Source: Octopus sinensis (Eukaryota). From it: 64,000 nt of DNA. Position numbers and translations under genes: made by a program. Numbering within the stretch: position 1 is the first letter of the stretch; every line of letters starts with the position of its first letter. Where the stretch lies: contig NC_043002.1 of the NCBI RefSeq assembly GCF_006345805.1, forward strand, positions 9,238,001 through 9,302,000, read 5' to 3'. The notes below the pieces were generated by a model, which was not told the origin of the DNA, did no database searches, and worked only from the letters and a program-made list of their open reading frames with translations. Positions 59,531-64,000 of this stretch are shown piece after piece.

Positions 59531-61413
59531 GGACAAAAGCCCCCCACGGTTATATTTTTCGGTTATTTTTTCGTTTTTAGAATTTTTAGTTGAATGTCTC
59601 GACCTCAGGATTTCTTTTTATTTGTTATTAGACTGCAGCCGGCCATGCTGGGGCACCACCTTAGGCAAACCTTCGTTTTAACTCGACGACCTCTTGGCAT
59701 TGAGTTAATCCGAAAGATTGCCGTATGGAACCCAGAATTTTTTTTTTACTTGTTGCGGTCATGCTGGGGCACCACCTTAAGGCATTTTTAGTCGATTGTA
59801 TAGACTCCAGAATTTTTTTAGATGATTTTCAGCTTAAAAAAAAAAAAGACTCCGCCGGTTACGACGACGAGGGTCCCAGCTGATACGATCAACGGAACAG
59901 CTTGCTCGTGAAATTAACGTGCAAATGGTGAGCATTCCACAGACACGTGTACCCTTAACGTAGTTCTCGGGGATAATCAGCGTGACACAGAGAGTGACAA
60001 GGTTGACCCTTTGAAATACAAGTACAACTCATTTTTGCCAGCTGAGTGGACTGGAGCAACGTGAAATAAAATGTCTTGCTCAAGGACACAACGCGTCGCC
60101 GGGAATCGAACTCACAACCTTACGATCATGAGCCGAATGCCCTAACCACTAAGCCACGCGCCCTCACTGATTTTCAACTAGCGCATGAAGTTAAGCCTAG
60201 AAGGTTTCTCGACATGCTAGAAATAACAGCCGAATCCCTTGATATTTTGATAACCCCCACACACTTCCGGGTATATTTTTGGATATTCTTCGTTTTTTTT
60301 TATTTTCTAAAAATTTTTTTACTTGCATGATCGCAACAAGTAAAAAGAAAAACAAAAATGAATTATATCACAGAAGCTTTAAAAAATTCTGGGTTCCATA
60401 CAGCCATCTAGAAATACTTCAAGGTGGTGCCCCAGCATGGCCGGCTGCAGTCTAATAACTACAAGGTCTCTCCACATGCTAGAAATAACAGCCAAATCTT
60501 ACAAACTGTTTTTATAATTTCACGTAAACAAAAACGGAAATCGTGGTTGTAAAAAAAAAATATTTTCCAAAATTCCAAGTTTTAAGTAAACAAAATATAT
60601 TCAATTGAAAAACGGTGTCAAAACATCTATGTCCCTCACAATAGTATGTTCCATGTGTTTCAATTATTTTCCTCTTTTTTAGAATAATTTTGAAGTTTGA
60701 AAATAAAATAAATCAACCTTAACATCAATAACAGAATCACAGAACACAAGATTCTTTACTACTCAATGTACATATTGTCCGAATTCTAACAAAAGGAAAA
60801 GCATTTACTTCAAGAAAAGTGTAGAAACATAAAAACAATAAGTACATTTGAATGACTAGACCTTCAAATGGCCGGAGAAAGTTCAAAAGGTCAACTTATT
60901 CTCATTAATCTGTAAGTGCTGAGAGAAGGAAACAAGATATTTTTAAATGCTGATTTTCCTGCAACCAAAAATTCTTCAAGCTGGTCCCACACTATGGCTG
61001 TAGTCCAATGATTGAAACAAGTAAATGGTCCCACACTATGGCTGTAGTCCAATGATTGAAACAAGTAAAAAGATTTTTAGGAAATATAAAAAAAAACCGA
61101 GGGAGTTATAATAAAATTTCAAGAGATTTGGCTGTTATTTCTATCATGTGGAGATACCTTTTGGCTTAACTTCATGCGCTGATTGAAAATCATTAAAAAA
61201 AATTCTGGGGTTGTTACATTCAACTAAAAGGTGGTGCCCTAGCATGGCTGCCGTCTAATAACTGCAACAAGTAAAAAGGCAAAAAAATTCTGGGGTCGAT
61301 ACGTTCAGCTAAAAATTCTTCAAAACGGTGCCCCAGCATGGCCTCAGTCTAATGACTGAAAGAAGTAAAAGGTGAAACAATAATCAAAAAATATAACAGT
61401 GTGGCTTTTGTCC
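59531..61413. mobile_element. Composite foldback element with GGACAAAAGCC termini
   Basis: The left arm (59531-59830 plus 60168-60245) mirrors 61105-61413. The arms contain pieces of the SINE-A tail. Confidence 0.65.
59848..60167 (-). mobile_element. tRNA-derived SINE with poly(T) tail and TSD
   Basis: Head GTGAGGGCGCGTGGCTTAGTGGTTAGGGC...GTTCGATTCCC. Flanked by TGATTTTCAGCT / TGATTTTCAACT. Confidence 0.88.
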
Positions 61414-61830
61414 TACACTTGCCTGGATCAGAAGAATCGGTGTCACTTTGTCACGCTTCTTATTTCTTAGAGGCAGAATGAAACAACACTTAATGGTTCA
61501 CTCTATACCACCAAACTAGGCTCAGAATTCAATCCATCCCATATTTCCGGTGAACAAAGCCTGATCAATTTCCACCTTAATTTATTCTCTGCCAATTGGT
61601 TCCTGTTTGCCAAACCACTTTTCTGTTACTTCACAACAGAACTATCTCTAATTTACAGAAGATTTTGATGACAATTTCAGGTTTTCCATTCCTCTGATAT
61701 AACTCCAGGAACAATGTAGAAATTCATTCACAAAATGGACAATTTTCCACGGACAAATGAAAGGTAGCCCCTTGAAAGTCCAATACAGAATAAACACACT
61801 GCTGCCGTCTTTTAGATTTAGTGAGCGTAA
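61414..61830 (-). mobile_element. Merlin transposase fragment (N-terminal and first catalytic region)
   Basis: IG....VEIDQALF...W..GGIE.T.KCF..P...RDKVT pattern, with stops. Confidence 0.7.
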
Positions 61831-62529
61831 CCCCTGCATCGCCAGAGATGGTGGTCCTTTCTATCCATGCATTCACTTCTTTATACAGCTGTTCTCATCC
61901 ATATGCATTACATAACCATACTACCACAGTCCTCTCTTGCACATCTAATTCCTCTTATTCTCAAATTTTCTATCAACACATTTGCACTTTGTCGTAATGG
62001 CGCACTGTATTACACATCCAACAGAGCATATTGCCTTCATTCCTATTTAATCTTCGTTAGCGCCGCCTTGACTGGCTTCCGTGCTGGTGGCACATAAAAA
62101 GCACCATCTGTACGTGGCTGATGCCAGCGCCACCTTGACTGGCTTCCATGTCGGTGGAACGTAAAAAGTACCAACCGATTGTGGCCGTTGCCAGCCTCCC
62201 CTGGCACCTGTGCCAGTGGCACGTAAAAAGCAACATCCATACGTGGCCGATTCCAGTGCCACCTTGACTGGCTTCCATGTCGGTGGCACGTAAAAAGTAC
62301 CAACCGATCGTGGCCGTTGCCAGCCTCCCCTGGCACATAAAAAGCACCCACTACACTCACAGAGTGGTTGGCATTAGGAAGGGCATCCAGCTGTAGAAAC
62401 ACTGCCAGATCAAGACTGGAGCCTGGTGCAGCCGCCTGGCTTCTCAGACCCCAGTCAAAATCGTCCAACCCATGCTAGCATGGAAAATGGACGTTAAACG
62501 CTGATGATGCTGATGATGTTTTCTGCATT

Positions 62530-62960
62530 CACAGCCTAAGTTTCACAACTGTGTAGCATTGCTGTTCATATGCAAGCATCATTACAATCTGCTTTTCACT
62601 CGCAGAGAGAAAGACCTTTTTGTTAGTAACTGAACTTTCTCCATCCTATTCTTATTCTAGCATCTACACTTTCAGAACATCCTTCTCCACTACTAATTAG
62701 GTCACCTTAGTAACAGGATCCGTCTCCTACCTCTAGGGAGCCTCAATGGCATTCAAGCAAATCTATTTCTCCTGTGTTCATAATGTTTATTGCATCTGTC
62801 ACAGACAAAGTCTACTTTCTCTGTTGATTCTCCTGCGATTCCACTGCATGTCTTGTGTGTCCATTGCTTGCACTGAGTACACCATATCGAATTTCCAACA
62901 TTCTTTTCCTACATATCAAGTGATGCCATTTTCCTGTCGAGACTGCAGTCCTGTCTGTTT
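62530..62960 (-). mobile_element. Decayed RTE RT C-terminal fragment
   Basis: DFVCDRC and FSLRVKSRL motifs. Confidence 0.65.
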
Positions 62961-64000
62961 TTCGGCTTACTAGAATTTAGCTCTTTGTTAACTATAAAAC
63001 TCTTTGATTCCAGGTTTTACTTTTATGCTTGAAATTACACACACAGACACACACACATCGTCGTTTAATGTCTGCCTTCAATGCTGGCATGGGTAGGACA
63101 CACACACACATGCACATATATACATACATAATAAAAATAGAAATAATAATGAAATTATTGTATACAGTGCTCAGGTGCACCACAACTTGTCAAAAGTGCG
63201 TTTAAGGTATATGCAGTAATGTACAAATGTCTGGAAAGTGAACAGTGTATGAGTCAGATACATGCTTGCATGTGTATGGAGGGGAGAAAATCAGGTGTAG
63301 TGTTGGCCAATCGCAGGAAGCATGGAAGTTTTGAAGGATGCAGTGCTCCGACAACTAACAACTGATGCCGGCAGTCTGTTCCATGCTTCAGCAACTCTTA
63401 GCGTGAAAAAATGTTTCCTAAAGTCATGGAAGGAGCTGTGCTGTTTTCTGACTTTGTAAACATGTCCACGGGTGGTAGACAGGTGGAGTTTGAAAAGGTG
63501 CTCTGAGTTATAGTTTGTAAGATGGTTAATAATTTTATGGGTGTCTGCCAAGTCAGCTGCCAGACGTTGGAGTTTCAATGTGTCCATGCCCAGGGAAGTA
63601 AGGCGTTCAGAATATGGCAAATGCCTGATGGAGGGTATTCTCTTGGTTGCACGTCGCATACATATATAGACATCCCAATCTTTGTCACTACCATCATTCA
63701 TCATCATTTATTCATCAACGTTTAACGTCCGCTTTCCATGCTAGCATGGGTTGGACGGTTCAACTGGGGTCTGGAAAGCCCGAAGGCTGCATCAGGCTCC
63801 AGTCAGATCTGGCAGTGTTTCTACAGCTGGATGCCCTTCCTAACGCCAACCACTCCGTGAGTGTAGTGGGTGCTTTTTATGTGCCACCAACACAGGTGCC
63901 AGACGAGGCTGGCGAACAGCCACGCTTGGATGGTGTTTTTTACGTGCCACCAGCACGGAGGCCAGGCGAGGCTGGCATGGCCATGATCGGATGGTGTTTG

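Noticed and set aside
59848-60167. tRNA genes at SINE heads (also 21830, 37764, 8575)
   Set aside because: They have A/B-box-like motifs but no complete cloverleaf and continue into SINE bodies.
60982-61069. 44-bp direct tandem duplication as a regulatory array
   Set aside because: Two copies of a SINE-tail piece, most simply a slippage duplication.
62065-62350. Tandem ~65-bp units in RTE UTR copies as a CRISPR array
   Set aside because: The units are degenerate along their whole length with no unique spacers, there are no cas genes, the context is eukaryotic, and they are part of a LINE 3' UTR.

Overview
AT-rich, repeat-dense animal genomic DNA. The repeat families (RTE 3' ends with (GAT)n tails, CORE-type and other tRNA-derived SINEs) suggest an octopod cephalopod, but this is an inference. 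Two spliced genes were assembled by hand. (1) The 3' part of NPRL2 (GATOR1 subunit) on the + strand: 7 coding exons from 1351 to 23150, all GT-AG and in frame, with the 5' exons lying upstream of the window. (2) A convergent, unrecognised 284-aa ankyrin-repeat gene on the - strand: 5 coding exons from 36106 to 25799, all introns phase 0. A candidate housekeeping promoter with a very short first exon and a 7-nt microexon lies at ~55.7-56.1 kb. The rest is layered transposon debris: about 24 RTE 3'-end copies, CR1, HERO-like and R4/Dong-like RLE elements, four Penelope-like elements (PLEs), Gypsy, Tc1, piggyBac, Merlin, hAT/piggyBac/TA-flanked MITEs, a Helitron-like insert, SINEs and microsatellites. 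The most notable observation is a set of type I hammerhead ribozyme folds invisible to the ORF track: 31256-31324 (+), 40688-40778 (-), 42196-42285 (+), 46675-46752 (+), and a back-to-back pair with a CCGACGA (U4C) core inside a 167-bp palindrome at 55186-55352. All have an AC-loop-GU stem III and a GUA cleavage triplet, and most lie at or near PLE remnants. Gene and ribozyme coordinates were counted base by base. Coordinates of decayed repeats are approximate (about +/-20-30 nt). No database search or folding program was run.
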